NCBI GenBank assembly: GCA_034003955.1
Contig: JAVEXO010000008.1
Location: 894-64,893 of the forward strand
DNA length: 64,000 bases
Reading direction: 5' to 3'
Origin: Spirochaetia bacterium
Lineage (GTDB): Bacteria; Spirochaetota; Spirochaetia; Treponematales; UBA12059
Positions 45,776 to 56,005 of the stretch are shown here, in pieces. The position numbers were made by a program, and so were the translations under genes. Under the pieces are notes generated by a model, which was not told where the DNA came from, did no database searches, and was given only the letters and a program-made list of their open reading frames with translations. Position 1 is the first letter of the stretch. Every line of letters starts with the position of its first letter.

Positions 45776-47251
45776 ATGGCTTCAGATATGGCAGAGGCGA
45801 TTCGCCAACTCATATTCGAAAAAGGGATCTCAGAGGATCTTGTCCTCAAGACTATAGAGGATGCCCTCCTCGCGGCGTACAAGAAACGTTATGGCACGGC
45901 TGAGAACGCCGTTGTACGATTCACCGGAGATTACGAAGGTGTAGAGATTCTAGCCAAGCGTACCATAGTGGATGATGTAGAAGACCCTGTCCTCGAGGTC
46001 TCCCTCGACGAGGCCAAGGAACTGGTCGATGGCGCAGAGCTTGGAGACATACTCGAGCTTCCCATAGACCCTCGTGAGTTTGACCTCCAGGAGGTCATGC
46101 TGGCCAAGCAGACGACGCGTCAATCGTTGCGTGAGATATCACGAGACACGCTCTACGCCGAGTACAAGGCTAAAGAGGGTGAGATAATCATCGGCTATTA
46201 CCAACGTGAGAAGAATGGCAATATATTCGTAGACCTAGGCCGGATTGAAGGCTTCTTCCCCAAGAAGTTCCAGTCTCCACGGGAAACGTATCAACCTGGC
46301 GAACGCATCAAGGCCCTCATAGCCGAGGTAAGCAAGAACGGCCCGCAGATAGTCTTGTCAAGAACCCACCCCGAGTTTGTCCAGAAGATATTGGAACTTG
46401 AGGTTCCAGAGATATATGACAAAACAATAGAGGTCTTCAAGATAGTCCGCGAGCCGGGCTATCGCACCAAGATTGCCGTGTTCTCCAGGCGTGACGATGT
46501 AGACCCAGTGGGAGCCTGTGTTGGACTCAAGGGTATACGAATACAGAACATAATCCGCGAGATGGAAGGCGAGAAGATAGACGTCTTGAAGTACGATGTC
46601 GACCCTAGACGCTTCATAAAGAACGCTCTGTCACCTGCCGATGTCCGCGAGGTCTACATACTGGATGATGCCAGGCATACGGCTCTTGCTGTCGTTGATG
46701 AGAGTCAGCTCTCTGTGGCCATTGGTAAGCAGGGCCTTAACGTGCGCCTCGCCAACAGGTTGTGTGACTGGAGTATTGACGTTAAGACAGAAGAACAGTT
46801 CAGAGAACTGGATCTTTCAAGCGAGGCTCGTCGAGCCGCCTCGAGTCTATTCGGCGACGAAGAGGAGATTCTCAGGGTCGCGGAGCTTCCTGGTGTAGAC
46901 GAGAATGTTGCAGACTGTCTGGCTGCCGCAGGCATTGAGATGATAGAAGACTTCCTGTCACGGCCAGAGGAAGACCTGCTCGCCATAGAAGGTGTCAAAG
47001 CAGAGGATCTGGATTTCGTACGCCGGATCATCGAAGAGAACGTCGAGGTAATAGAGGAGGAGTTCGATGAAGAACAAGAATCCGATATCCCTGACGAAGA
47101 AGAGACCGAGCAATCCGAGGAAGAGATCGAGGTATATGAATGCCCCGATTGTCATGCCGAGGTGACACCCGAAATGACCCAGTGCCCGCAATGCGGGGTA
47201 GCCCTCTCGTTCGAGTACGAGGACGAGGACGAGGAAGATCAGGAAATCTGA
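45776..47251 (+). CDS. nusA: transcription termination/antitermination factor NusA with acidic C-terminal extension ending in a zinc ribbon
   Basis: The NusA N-domain, S1 (GEIIIGYYQREKNGNIFVDLG) and KH1/KH2 (VGACVGLKGIRIQNIIREMEGEKIDV, LSVAIGKQGLNVRLANRLCDWSIDV) are present. An HhH-like region follows, then an acidic tail and CPDCHAEVTPEMTQCPQCG. Confidence 0.95.
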   Translation: MASDMAEAIRQLIFEKGISEDLVLKTIEDALLAAYKKRYGTAENAVVRFTGDYEGVEILAKRTIVDDVEDPVLEVSLDEAKELVDGAELGDILELPIDPREFDLQEVMLAKQTTRQSLREISRDTLYAEYKAKEGEIIIGYYQREKNGNIFVDLGRIEGFFPKKFQSPRETYQPGERIKALIAEVSKNGPQIVLSRTHPEFVQKILELEVPEIYDKTIEVFKIVREPGYRTKIAVFSRRDDVDPVGACVGLKGIRIQNIIREMEGEKIDVLKYDVDPRRFIKNALSPADVREVYILDDARHTALAVVDESQLSVAIGKQGLNVRLANRLCDWSIDVKTEEQFRELDLSSEARRAASSLFGDEEEILRVAELPGVDENVADCLAAAGIEMIEDFLSRPEEDLLAIEGVKAEDLDFVRRIIEENVEVIEEEFDEEQESDIPDEEETEQSEEEIEVYECPDCHAEVTPEMTQCPQCGVALSFEYEDEDEEDQEI

Positions 47252-47260
47252 AGGTGAGCT

Positions 47261-50080
47261 ATGTCCGATAACAACGAGAATAAACCTAAGCCAGTTCTAA
47301 TTAAGCAGGCTAAAGTAAAGCCAGCAGAAGATACAGCCGACACTTCGGCTTCTACGCCTTCGACCGAGAAGCGCAAGGTGGTAGTTGTCAAGAAGAAGCC
47401 AGCCTCTGCTCCCGCAGGTTCTTCTACGCAGAAGAAGCCTGCCGCGAGGGTCGTGGCTCATCATCAGGATAAGACTGAGGAGTCTTCTCCGGCTTCAGCG
47501 GCTCCCCAGGCACAGACGCCTCAGTCTGATACAGCCAGGCCGGCTAGCCCGGATCAGTCCGCCAAGCCCGCGGCTCCAACAGAACGAAAGCCAGCTGAAC
47601 ACAGGCCGGCTTCTTCTGGTACACATAGCACCCGACCGGCAGGCACCGGCCCTCGCGTCGTAGGACGTGTGGGTGGATACCGAGGCCCTTCCGGTTCCTC
47701 TTCCGGCGGCTATCAGGGACAGCGCCCCTCCGGTGGCGGCTATCAGGGCGGTGGGAGCGGCAATGCTAGTAGCGGCGGAGGCTATCAAGGTCAACGTCCA
47801 GCCAGTGGCGGATATCAGGGTGGATCAAGCGGCGGCTCAGGTGGTGGCTCAAGCGGTGGCTCAGGTGGTGGCTCAGGTGGTGGCTACCAGGGCCAGCGCC
47901 CCTCCGGCGGTGGCTATCAGGGACAGCGCCCTGCCGGTGGTAGTGGCTACCAGGGCCAACGCCCAACGAGTGGCGGATACCAGGGTGGTGGTGGCGGCTA
48001 TCAAGGTCAGCGCCCGAGCGGACCAGGTGGACCAGGTGCTCCCAGGCCGGGCGGATATCAAGGCTCCAGGCCTGGATATGGGCCGAGGCCGAGCGGCCCC
48101 GGAAGACCAGGCGGTTCAGGAAGACCGGGCGGCACCTCAGGTGGACCTGGCTCTGCGCCTATGGGAGCAGACAAGAAGACTACCTCAAAGCGCTTCATTA
48201 ATAAGGCAAAGAAGCCGGCATACCAGCGTAAGGAAGAGAACCAGGAACAGAAGCTCTATCTGCAACGCAAGAAGGCCGATGCTCCCAAGGCTAATCCCAT
48301 ACCCAAGTCCATAGACATCATGGAGACGATATCGGTAGCCGAGCTTGCCAGGAAGATGAACCTCAAACCCAGTGAACTGATAGCTAAGCTTATGAGCCTT
48401 GGCTTCATGGCTACCATAAACCAGCAGCTCGATTCTGATACGGCAACAATCCTTGCCAATGAGTATGGTTGCTCCGTCAATATCGTGTCGCTCTATGACG
48501 AAACGATAATAGAGAAGCAAGAAGACAAGCCTGAAGACCTTATGCACAGGCCTCCAATAGTCACCATCATGGGTCACGTCGACCATGGTAAGACAAAGCT
48601 GCTCGATGCCATTCGTACTACTAACGTCATAGCATCGGAGTTTGGCGGTATAACCCAGCACATTGGCGCCTATCAGGTGGATACCCCCAAGGGTAAGATT
48701 ACATTCATAGACACGCCTGGCCACGAAGCCTTTACAAAGATGCGCGCCCGTGGCGCCCTCATAACCGATATAATAATCCTCGTCGTGGCCGCCAACGATG
48801 GTGTCATGCCACAGACGATGGAGGCTATAGATCACGCCAAGGCAGCCAAGGTTCCTATCATAGTTGCCATCAACAAGATTGATCTTGCCGAGGCCAATCC
48901 TGACAGGGTCAAGACACAGTTGTCTGAGTTGCAGTTGGTGCCAGAGGACTGGGGCGGACAGACAATTTTCTGCGAGATATCGGCCCTCCAGAAGAAGGGT
49001 ATAGATTCTCTTCTAGACAGCATCCTGGTCACAGCCGAGGTTCTTGAGCTTAAGGCTAGCTACGAATGCCGGGCCGAGGGAAAGATTATAGAATCAAGGA
49101 TCGATCACGGACGAGGCATCGTTTCTACCATAATCATAGAGCGTGGAACCCTCCATGTTGGCGATAGCTTCGTGGCAGGCATCTACCCGGGCAAGGTCCG
49201 GGCCATGTTCGACGATAAGGGTGACAAGATAGACGAGGCCCCACCCTCGACGCCGCTCGAGGTCATCGGCTTCGAAGGCGTGCCAAGCGCCGGAGACCCC
49301 TTTGAGGCTGTCGATGATGAGAAGATAGCCCGTAGCTTCTCAGACAAGCGCCAGGAACTCAAGCGTTCTGAGGTGGCCAAGACACTCAAGAAGGTGACGC
49401 TAGACAATCTGTACGACACCATCAATGAGGGTGCTGTACAGGAATTGAAGGTGCTCATAAAGGGAGACGTCGACGGCTCTGTAGAGGCACTCAAGGCATC
49501 ACTGGAAAAGCTGTCTACCAATGAAATCAGGCTTGTTGCCATCAGGTCGGCAGCAGGCGCCATCAATGAAAGCGACATTGATCTGGCCAGCGCCTCTAAT
49601 GCAATAATAATTGGCTTTAATGTACGACCTACTCCTAAGGCCAAGATACTGGCCGACCAAGAGAAGGTGGAGATTAGGAAATACAATGTCATTTACAAGG
49701 CAGTTGAGGAGATACAACAGGCCATGGAAGGCATGTTGGCTCCAGAGATAAAGGAATCTGATATTGCCGAGGCTGAGGTCAGGGAAGTCTTCAAGGTGCC
49801 CAAGATTGGCGCCATAGCAGGCAGTTACGTCTTGTCCGGTACGGTCAAGCGCAATGCCTCGGTCAGGGTCATTCGTGAGGGTGTTGAACTACACTCAGGC
49901 AAGATATCCACCCTTAAGCGTTTCAAGGATGACGTAAAGGAAGTAGCCGCCGGTTACGAATGTGGTATTGGCCTGGCTGACTGGACCGATGTCAAGGTTG
50001 GTGACGTGCTCGAAATATTCGAGTTCATAAAGATTTCCAGGAAATTGAGCGATACGGATAATGGACGAAAAAAGGCGTAA
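47261..50080 (+). CDS. infB: translation initiation factor IF-2
   Basis: The GTPase motifs are [20 protein letters not shown] and NKID. The C-terminal IF2 domains are present. The N-terminal roughly 300 aa are low complexity. Confidence 0.97.
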   Translation: MSDNNENKPKPVLIKQAKVKPAEDTADTSASTPSTEKRKVVVVKKKPASAPAGSSTQKKPAARVVAHHQDKTEESSPASAAPQAQTPQSDTARPASPDQSAKPAAPTERKPAEHRPASSGTHSTRPAGTGPRVVGRVGGYRGPSGSSSGGYQGQRPSGGGYQGGGSGNASSGGGYQGQRPASGGYQGGSSGGSGGGSSGGSGGGSGGGYQGQRPSGGGYQGQRPAGGSGYQGQRPTSGGYQGGGGGYQGQRPSGPGGPGAPRPGGYQGSRPGYGPRPSGPGRPGGSGRPGGTSGGPGSAPMGADKKTTSKRFINKAKKPAYQRKEENQEQKLYLQRKKADAPKANPIPKSIDIMETISVAELARKMNLKPSELIAKLMSLGFMATINQQLDSDTATILANEYGCSVNIVSLYDETIIEKQEDKPEDLMHRPPIVTIMGHVDHGKTKLLDAIRTTNVIASEFGGITQHIGAYQVDTPKGKITFIDTPGHEAFTKMRARGALITDIIILVVAANDGVMPQTMEAIDHAKAAKVPIIVAINKIDLAEANPDRVKTQLSELQLVPEDWGGQTIFCEISALQKKGIDSLLDSILVTAEVLELKASYECRAEGKIIESRIDHGRGIVSTIIIERGTLHVGDSFVAGIYPGKVRAMFDDKGDKIDEAPPSTPLEVIGFEGVPSAGDPFEAVDDEKIARSFSDKRQELKRSEVAKTLKKVTLDNLYDTINEGAVQELKVLIKGDVDGSVEALKASLEKLSTNEIRLVAIRSAAGAINESDIDLASASNAIIIGFNVRPTPKAKILADQEKVEIRKYNVIYKAVEEIQQAMEGMLAPEIKESDIAEAEVREVFKVPKIGAIAGSYVLSGTVKRNASVRVIREGVELHSGKISTLKRFKDDVKEVAAGYECGIGLADWTDVKVGDVLEIFEFIKISRKLSDTDNGRKKA
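47670..48150 (+). repeat. in-frame degenerate tandem repeats within infB encoding about 7 copies of GYQGQRP(S/A/T)GG plus GGS spacers
   Basis: The protein reads [19 protein letters not shown]...[15 protein letters not shown]...[51 protein letters not shown]. The DNA units GGCTA(T/C)CAGGG(A/C)CAGCGCCC recur. Confidence 0.8.
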
Positions 50081-50408
50081 GCGCGTAGAGGAGACCCTCA
50101 GGTCTGAAATCTCATCCCTCCTCATGAGGGGTGAGGTAAAGGATCCTAGGGTAGACACGTTTTTATCTATAACCAGGGTCGAGGTCGCCAGGGATGGTTC
50201 TCATGCCAAGCTATACGTCTCGACATTCAAGGATGGTGATGCCCTCGAAGAGGGCATAGCCGGACTCAATAACGCCGCAGGATTCATACAGTCAGGCATT
50301 TCAAAACGGCTTCGTATCCGCCTGACTCCTCGGCTCGTCTTCCTTCCAGATACTGGCATCAAGGAAGGCTTTGAGCTTGGAGAAAAGATCAAGGGCCTGT
50401 TCTCGTGA
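50061..50408 (+). CDS. rbfA: ribosome-binding factor A
   Basis: RVEETLRSEISSLLMRGEVKDPRV...ITRVEVARDGSHAKLYVS is typical RbfA. It overlaps the infB stop by 20 nt. Confidence 0.9.
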   Translation: MDEKRRKRVEETLRSEISSLLMRGEVKDPRVDTFLSITRVEVARDGSHAKLYVSTFKDGDALEEGIAGLNNAAGFIQSGISKRLRIRLTPRLVFLPDTGIKEGFELGEKIKGLFS

Positions 50409-51304
50409 CGGCAATAGGCGAACCGTCTTTGTCGGGATTCGCCATACTGGACAAGCCTGAGGGCATCACCTCCTTCCGCTTCCTTTCTCAACTGAGCAGG
50501 AAACTTGGAAGTACTGTAAAATCAGGACATGCGGGCACCCTCGACTCCTTTGCCACAGGCGTGCTGGTTTGTCTTTTTGGCAGATATACACGGCTTTCAG
50601 ATTATTTCATGAGCGCGGTCAAGGGCTATGAAGCGGACATCCTCTTTGGTGAGGAAACAGACACCCTGGACCCAGGTGGGACTGTAGTAGCAATGGCAGC
50701 TATACCGACGCTGGAGGCTCTTGAATCATCACTGGAAAACTTCCGTGGTGAAATCCTCCAGAGCCCTCCGGCCTATTCAGCCGTACACATAGACGGTGAA
50801 CGCGCAAGTGAGCGCGCCCGCAAGGGCCAGGATGTCGAACCAGTGGCTCGTCCTGTTAGAATCGATAGCCTTGAATTACTGTCCTACGAAGAAGGTACTG
50901 CCAGGATACGGGTGGCTTGTTCAAAGGGCACCTATATCAGGTCTTTGGCTCGTGACATAGCACTTGCCTGCGCCAGCCGAGGCAGACTATCCAGGCTGAG
51001 GAGAACCTTTTCGGGTCCTTTCACCTTGTCAGAAGCCATGCCACAGGAAGATTTTGGACCGGCTAGCCTTAAAACTATGAGCCTTGCCGACGCCAAAGGG
51101 CTGGGTCTCGAACCGCTGACGCTTGACACAGAAGATGTCAAAGGTTTTTCAAATGGTTTGCCATTATCAAGGTTGAATGTTTCCAGGTCCTTGAGTGGAA
51201 AAGGACCACGTGCGGTTTTCAGCAATGAAGGCACTCTTCTAGGCATACTGACCCTGTCTGGCAAGGAATGGAAGTATGCCTTTGTTCTTGGAGGGACTCT
51301 TTGA
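50405..51304 (+). CDS. truB: tRNA pseudouridine(55) synthase TruB
   Basis: Motifs are GFAILDKPEGITSF and the catalytic Asp motif GHAGTLDSFATGVL, followed by KGTYIRSLARD. The GTG start overlaps the rbfA stop as GTGA. Confidence 0.92.
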   Translation: MTAIGEPSLSGFAILDKPEGITSFRFLSQLSRKLGSTVKSGHAGTLDSFATGVLVCLFGRYTRLSDYFMSAVKGYEADILFGEETDTLDPGGTVVAMAAIPTLEALESSLENFRGEILQSPPAYSAVHIDGERASERARKGQDVEPVARPVRIDSLELLSYEEGTARIRVACSKGTYIRSLARDIALACASRGRLSRLRRTFSGPFTLSEAMPQEDFGPASLKTMSLADAKGLGLEPLTLDTEDVKGFSNGLPLSRLNVSRSLSGKGPRAVFSNEGTLLGILTLSGKEWKYAFVLGGTL

Positions 51305-52104
51305 AAATTATCGAGTGGAATGACGTCGTCCAGCGACGAGTCAATCTGTCCTCTCCTTCAGCGGCAACGATCGGTGTGTTCGATGGCCTGCATCGGGGGC
51401 ATGAGGCTCTTATATCGCGAGTCGTTTCCAAGGCACCTGAATTTCTTCCAGTAGCCTTTACCTTCGGAGTAAACCCCAAGAAATTCACTAAACCCCACAG
51501 GTATGCCGGTAGTATCTTTACCCTGCAACAGAAAATATTGGCTCTGGAAGGGGCTGGCATTGAGGCATGCGTGCTCATTGACTTTTCCTCGAATTTCAGT
51601 AAACTGGCGGGGAGCGAATTCGTTTCAACCCTAGTTCGGTCCTTCGGTGTTCGTTCGTTTGTAGTAGGCAGTGACTTCAAATGCGGCCACAGACTGTCAA
51701 CAGATGCAGAGGCTCTCAAGACGATCGCAGGATCGCTCGGGGCCGATGCAGAGATAGTCGAACCGCTTTGTTTTGAAGGAGAAATAGTGTCCTCTAGCAG
51801 GATACGCTCCGCCATCTCAGACGGACGAATGGATCTGGCACTCGCCATGCTGGGTCGCCCCTACACGTTGGACCTAAGAGGAGTTGAGATAGGATTAGAC
51901 GGAGATGATGCCGTGGTTTCACTCAGGAAATGGGGTGTTGCCGAGCCGGGACATGGAACGTACCAGGTTACGTTTGTTTTTGATGAACGACGATACGTTG
52001 GGCAGGCACGGTATTGCAACAACGGTATGCTACGATGGCCCAGGGTACAGGATGAATCTTCAAAGTGTCCTGATTTTATCGCCTTTGGCCAAAAAATCGC
52101 TTGA
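51301..52104 (+). CDS. ribF: RibF-like FMN adenylyltransferase; C-terminal riboflavin-kinase half short and degenerate
   Basis: The FMNAT motifs are [17 protein letters not shown] and GSDFKCG. TTG 51301 sits behind GGAGGG and overlaps the truB stop as TTGA. The C-terminal roughly 85 aa begin LGRPYTL but lack the G-R-x-L-G-F-P-T-A-N motif. Confidence 0.82.
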   Translation: MKIIEWNDVVQRRVNLSSPSAATIGVFDGLHRGHEALISRVVSKAPEFLPVAFTFGVNPKKFTKPHRYAGSIFTLQQKILALEGAGIEACVLIDFSSNFSKLAGSEFVSTLVRSFGVRSFVVGSDFKCGHRLSTDAEALKTIAGSLGADAEIVEPLCFEGEIVSSSRIRSAISDGRMDLALAMLGRPYTLDLRGVEIGLDGDDAVVSLRKWGVAEPGHGTYQVTFVFDERRYVGQARYCNNGMLRWPRVQDESSKCPDFIAFGQKIA

Positions 52105-52129
52105 TAACGAGAATAAGGAGTTTATAGAC

Positions 52130-52399
52130 ATGGCAGTTACGAAAGAGGATAAGGCCAGGGTCGTCAAGGAGTTCGGCGCCGGCGAGAAAAACACCGGATC
52201 CACCGAGGTACAGATTGCTCTCCTCACCGAGCGCATCGTTCAGCTTACAGAGCACTTCAAGATCCACAAGAAGGATACCAATTCAAGACGAGGGCTCCTG
52301 ATGCTCGTTGGCCAGAGAAGGCGTCTTCTTAAGTATCTACAGCGAACCGACCTGGTTAAGTACAGGGAACTACTTGCGAGGCTCAATCTCCGCAAATAG
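52130..52399 (+). CDS. rpsO: 30S ribosomal protein S15
   Basis: [70 protein letters not shown] is an S15 sequence. AAGGAG lies 9 nt upstream. The track ORF starting at 51905 is an out-of-context extension through ribF. Confidence 0.95.
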   Translation: MAVTKEDKARVVKEFGAGEKNTGSTEVQIALLTERIVQLTEHFKIHKKDTNSRRGLLMLVGQRRRLLKYLQRTDLVKYRELLARLNLRK

Positions 52400-52413
52400 T
52401 GTCGCGTACCAAA

Positions 52414-52441
52414 AGCCCGAACGATTGTTCGGGCTCTTTCG
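52414..52441 (+). terminator. hairpin between rpsO and pnp (partial terminator or processing site)
   Basis: AGCCCGAAC (52414-52422) pairs with GTTCGGGCT (52427-52435), loop GATT, followed by a weak CTTTCG tract. The position matches the rpsO-pnp intercistronic hairpin known from E. coli. Confidence 0.6.
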
Positions 52442-52483
52442 TATATAGGGCCTGAAAAATAGGCACATGGAGACATCAAATAC

Positions 52484-54583
52484 ATGGCACACATAAGCAA
52501 ATATACCATTAACGGCGAGGATCTTATCCTTGAGACCGGACGCATGGCCAAGCAGGCTAACGGATCGGTCTTCGCCCGCATGGGTGGATCAGCCGTCCTT
52601 GCCACCGCCTGTTGTTCAGACAAGGTGACCGAGGGTCTGGATTTTGTTCCTCTTACCGTAGAATACAACGAGAAATACTATTCAGCCGGTAAAATCCCCG
52701 GAGGCTTCATAAAGCGGGAATCCCGTCCCAAGGACAGGGAGATACTTGTATCCCGACTCGTAGATCGCCCCATGAGGCCGCTCTTTGACAAGGCCTTTGG
52801 CCGCGAGATACAGGTCGTACCGACGACAATCTCTGCCGACTCGGTTAACCCGCCAGACATGCTCGGTATAATAGCCGCTAGTGCTGCAGTTACAATTAGC
52901 GATATACCGTTTAATGGACCCATTGCCGCGGTTCGTGTCTGCTACGTCGACGGTAGCTACGTCATCAATCCTACCTATGACCAGATAGCCAAGTCTACTC
53001 TGGAGATTGTCGTAGCCGGTTCAGGCGAAGGCATCACCATGGTAGAAGGCGGCGCTGACGAAGTAAGCGAAGAGATGATGATTGGTGCCATAGAGGCCGC
53101 CAAGAAGCCAATATCAGAGATTTGCGACGTCATAAAGGCAATGCGCGACGCCGTTGGCAAGCCAAAGTTAGCCCTTGCTCCACTCAAAGCCGAGCTTGCA
53201 AAGAAGTCTGATATCCATGCCCACGCCAAGGAGAGGATAGCTAAGGCCATCTTTACCAAGGTAAAGCATGAGCGTTACGCAGCCGTGGCCGCTGCGATAG
53301 CGGAAACCAAGGCTGCCTTCGACGATACACTAGGAAGCGATGAGATACAACTCAAGCTCTTTAGCGCCTTGATGGAAGAGATTCAGTATGATTTACTGAG
53401 GTCAGGCATCCTGGACAAGGGCCTTAGAGTCGATGGTCGTGGCACCGAGGATATACGTCCCATTAGCTGCGAGATAGGCGTGCTTGATCGCCCTCATGGA
53501 TCGGCTTTGTTCACTCGCGGAGAGACACAGGCCTTGGCTACGACGACCCTTGGTACCACATTCGATGAGCAGATATTCGACGACATCGAGGGTGATAGGC
53601 GTGAAAACTTCATGCTACATTACAACTTCCCGCCATTCTCCGTAGGAGAGGTTGGCAGGCTTGGTACCGGCAGGCGTGAGATTGGTCATGGCCATCTAGC
53701 CAAGCGAGCCTTGGAGCGCGTCATGCCAAGCAAGGATCGATTCCCCTATACGGTTCGTGTCGTCTCGGAAATCCTTGAATCAAACGGTTCTTCCTCCATG
53801 GCCTCTGTATGCGGCGGGACCCTGTCTATGCTTGCAGCCGGCGTACCAATCAAGGCTCCTGTTGCAGGTATTGCGATGGGGCTCATCACCGAGGGTGATA
53901 GATTCGCCGTCCTATCAGACATCCTGGGTGACGAGGATCACTTAGGTGACATGGACTTCAAGGTTGCCGGCACCGAGGCCGGTATCACCGCTTTCCAGAT
54001 GGATATAAAGATAGCCAATGTTACGACAGAGATCCTGACCAAGGCTTTAGCCCAGGCCAAGCGTGGACGCCTCCATATACTGTCTGTCATGAACAAGACA
54101 ATCGCCGTTCCGGCGGCTGAGATATCAGAATTTGCACCAAAGATCCTAAGCGTCAAGATTGACGTTGACAAGATTGGCGCCATCATAGGGCCGGGTGGCA
54201 AGAACATCAAAGCCCTGTGCGAACAGTATGGCGTCAAGATAAACGTCGACGATGACGGCTCCGTTACCATATTCGGTGCCAATCAGAAGGCTTCGCTCGA
54301 TGCCAAGGCTGCGGTGCTCGGCATCGCCCAGGATCCGGAAGTGGGGCTTATCTACCAGGGAACCGTCAAGAGAGTCATGGATTTTGGCGCCTTCGTAGAG
54401 ATTCTGCCTGGCAAGGAAGGCCTCGTACACATTTCAAGGCTTTCCAGGACGAGGATCAATGCGGCCAGCGATGTTGTCAAGGAAGGCCAGGTCATTCCTG
54501 TCAGGCTTCTTGAGGTAGACAAACTCGGTCGTCTTAACCTGTCGTACATAGACGCCCTGGACGAAAACGGCAACAGCAAATAA
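52484..54583 (+). CDS. pnp: polyribonucleotide nucleotidyltransferase (PNPase)
   Basis: Two RNase PH domains are present (GRMAKQANGSV..., DGRGTEDIRPI...HGSALFTRGETQAL). Also present are the KH domain (IGAIIGPGGKNIKAL) and the S1 domain (GLIYQGTVKRVMDFGAFVEI). Confidence 0.97.
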   Translation: MAHISKYTINGEDLILETGRMAKQANGSVFARMGGSAVLATACCSDKVTEGLDFVPLTVEYNEKYYSAGKIPGGFIKRESRPKDREILVSRLVDRPMRPLFDKAFGREIQVVPTTISADSVNPPDMLGIIAASAAVTISDIPFNGPIAAVRVCYVDGSYVINPTYDQIAKSTLEIVVAGSGEGITMVEGGADEVSEEMMIGAIEAAKKPISEICDVIKAMRDAVGKPKLALAPLKAELAKKSDIHAHAKERIAKAIFTKVKHERYAAVAAAIAETKAAFDDTLGSDEIQLKLFSALMEEIQYDLLRSGILDKGLRVDGRGTEDIRPISCEIGVLDRPHGSALFTRGETQALATTTLGTTFDEQIFDDIEGDRRENFMLHYNFPPFSVGEVGRLGTGRREIGHGHLAKRALERVMPSKDRFPYTVRVVSEILESNGSSSMASVCGGTLSMLAAGVPIKAPVAGIAMGLITEGDRFAVLSDILGDEDHLGDMDFKVAGTEAGITAFQMDIKIANVTTEILTKALAQAKRGRLHILSVMNKTIAVPAAEISEFAPKILSVKIDVDKIGAIIGPGGKNIKALCEQYGVKINVDDDGSVTIFGANQKASLDAKAAVLGIAQDPEVGLIYQGTVKRVMDFGAFVEILPGKEGLVHISRLSRTRINAASDVVKEGQVIPVRLLEVDKLGRLNLSYIDALDENGNSK

Positions 54584-54607
54584 TCCAGGCCAATTGATTA
54601 AACGAGG

Positions 54608-54641
54608 AGAAGGCCGGCCGTTAAGGACGGCCTTCTTTTTT
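54608..54641 (+). terminator. rho-independent terminator after pnp
   Basis: AGAAGGCCG (54608-54616) pairs with CGGCCTTCT (54628-54636), followed by a T-run to 54641. Confidence 0.75.
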
Positions 54642-54664
54642 CAACGCCGCCGTAAGGATGATCG

Positions 54665-56002
54665 ATGCCAGCTCTAGATGACAATATACATTCATACACC
54701 ATAGCTCCAGGTATAGAACTCAAAGTAGATACCATGCCCCAGGCTTCGGGCCTGGCTATCGGTCTATGGTTCTCCGTTGGCTCCGCCTATGAAAGAGATG
54801 GAGAGCGTGGGCTTTCCCATTTCGTAGAGCACATGGTTTTCAAGGGTGCAGGAGAGCGAAGCGCCGAGGAGCTATCAAGGGCCATAGACAGGGTCGGCGG
54901 CTACCTTAACGCATTTACAGAGCGAGAGACGGTTTGTCTCCATTGCCTCATACCCGTAAGGCACGCACAGCTTGCCTTGGGGATACTCCTGGATATGGCC
55001 TATAGGCCCCGCTTCGATATAAAGGAATTCGAACGGGAGAAAGATGTCATCATCAATGAGATTCTGGCGGCCGAGGATGATCTAGAAGAGGCTGCCCAGG
55101 ACGAGTTCTTTGCTTCTGCATACTCGGGTCATCCCGCCTCGCGGAGGATTGCCGCCAGTGTCTCAGACATACGAGGCGCATCCTTTGAGACACTACGAGC
55201 CTTTCACGATGAGCGCTTCGTGCGGGGCTCGCTTACCGTGTCGGTAGCAGGTGCCGTGATTCCTGACGATATAGCCCGCATGGTAGAATCAGCCTTGCCA
55301 TCATCACGAGGTACTGCTGCCATGGCGCCGTATGATCCAGGCCCTGTACACTTTAAAAGAACCCGCCGTATGGTCAAGGCTCAGGGTAGCCAGGTGTTCT
55401 TGTTCTCAGGCTTGCCAATAGATTTATCTGTATCAGAGGATGATTTCTGGAGATACTCGGCCGCCAGCTCTGCCTATGGTGAGAGCATGAGCTCCAGGCT
55501 ATTCATGCATATACGTGAGGAAAAGGGGCTGTGCTATTCAGTCTCATCCGCCTTTAGCCTTTCTAAGCTAGCGGGTCTTTGGGGAGTCGCTTCATCGACG
55601 AGGCCTGCGCAACTGCCCAGGCTCATAGAGGCCTATGCAGAAGAATCACGTCTCTTGTTTGAACGCGGCTTGACTGAGGTAGAGCTACAGGAGTCGGTTT
55701 CAAGAATAAAGGGTATACTGGAACTAGCCAAGGACGATACTGAATATCGTATGAAGAAGATGGCCAGGCAATACATGTTTGACCAGAGTGTAGAATCATT
55801 TGGCCAGACTATGGAGCGCCTTGAATCAGGCAATGCGCTAGAGTTCTCTGCTATCGATACGCTTATAAAGACGTCGCTTGATCCAGATAAGGAGAGTATC
55901 CTTCTATACGGTAAACTTGGAGCCCGCTCCCTGAGAGCAGGGGAGGCAGTCTTCGGTGCCATTGAGACGGAGGCCGAAGATTATAGTTTGGAAGGGGAGT
56001 AA
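54665..56002 (+). CDS. M16-family zinc peptidase (insulinase-like)
   Basis: The inverted zinc motif HxxEH is present in GLSHFVEHMVFKG, with a downstream Glu region. The length of 445 aa is typical. AAGGA lies upstream. Confidence 0.85.
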   Translation: MPALDDNIHSYTIAPGIELKVDTMPQASGLAIGLWFSVGSAYERDGERGLSHFVEHMVFKGAGERSAEELSRAIDRVGGYLNAFTERETVCLHCLIPVRHAQLALGILLDMAYRPRFDIKEFEREKDVIINEILAAEDDLEEAAQDEFFASAYSGHPASRRIAASVSDIRGASFETLRAFHDERFVRGSLTVSVAGAVIPDDIARMVESALPSSRGTAAMAPYDPGPVHFKRTRRMVKAQGSQVFLFSGLPIDLSVSEDDFWRYSAASSAYGESMSSRLFMHIREEKGLCYSVSSAFSLSKLAGLWGVASSTRPAQLPRLIEAYAEESRLLFERGLTEVELQESVSRIKGILELAKDDTEYRMKKMARQYMFDQSVESFGQTMERLESGNALEFSAIDTLIKTSLDPDKESILLYGKLGARSLRAGEAVFGAIETEAEDYSLEGE

Positions 56003-56005
56003 GGC

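Noticed and set aside
47385-48314. Cluster of alternate-frame and antisense ORFs (47385..47663, 47495..47794, 47667..48314, 47766..47966, 47873..48061). I also considered whether the periodic DNA could be a CRISPR-like array.
   Set aside because: They are frame shadows of the in-frame GYQGQRP codon repeats of infB. The repeats are short and degenerate, are contiguous without unique spacers, and are translated as part of IF2.
48185-48835. 216-aa minus-strand ORF inside infB
   Set aside because: It is antisense to the IF2 G-domain, which carries GHVDHGKT and DTPGHEAF on the plus strand. It has no independent support.
51219-51848. 209-aa minus-strand ORF across truB/ribF
   Set aside because: It is antisense to two recognisable plus-strand genes and has no motifs.
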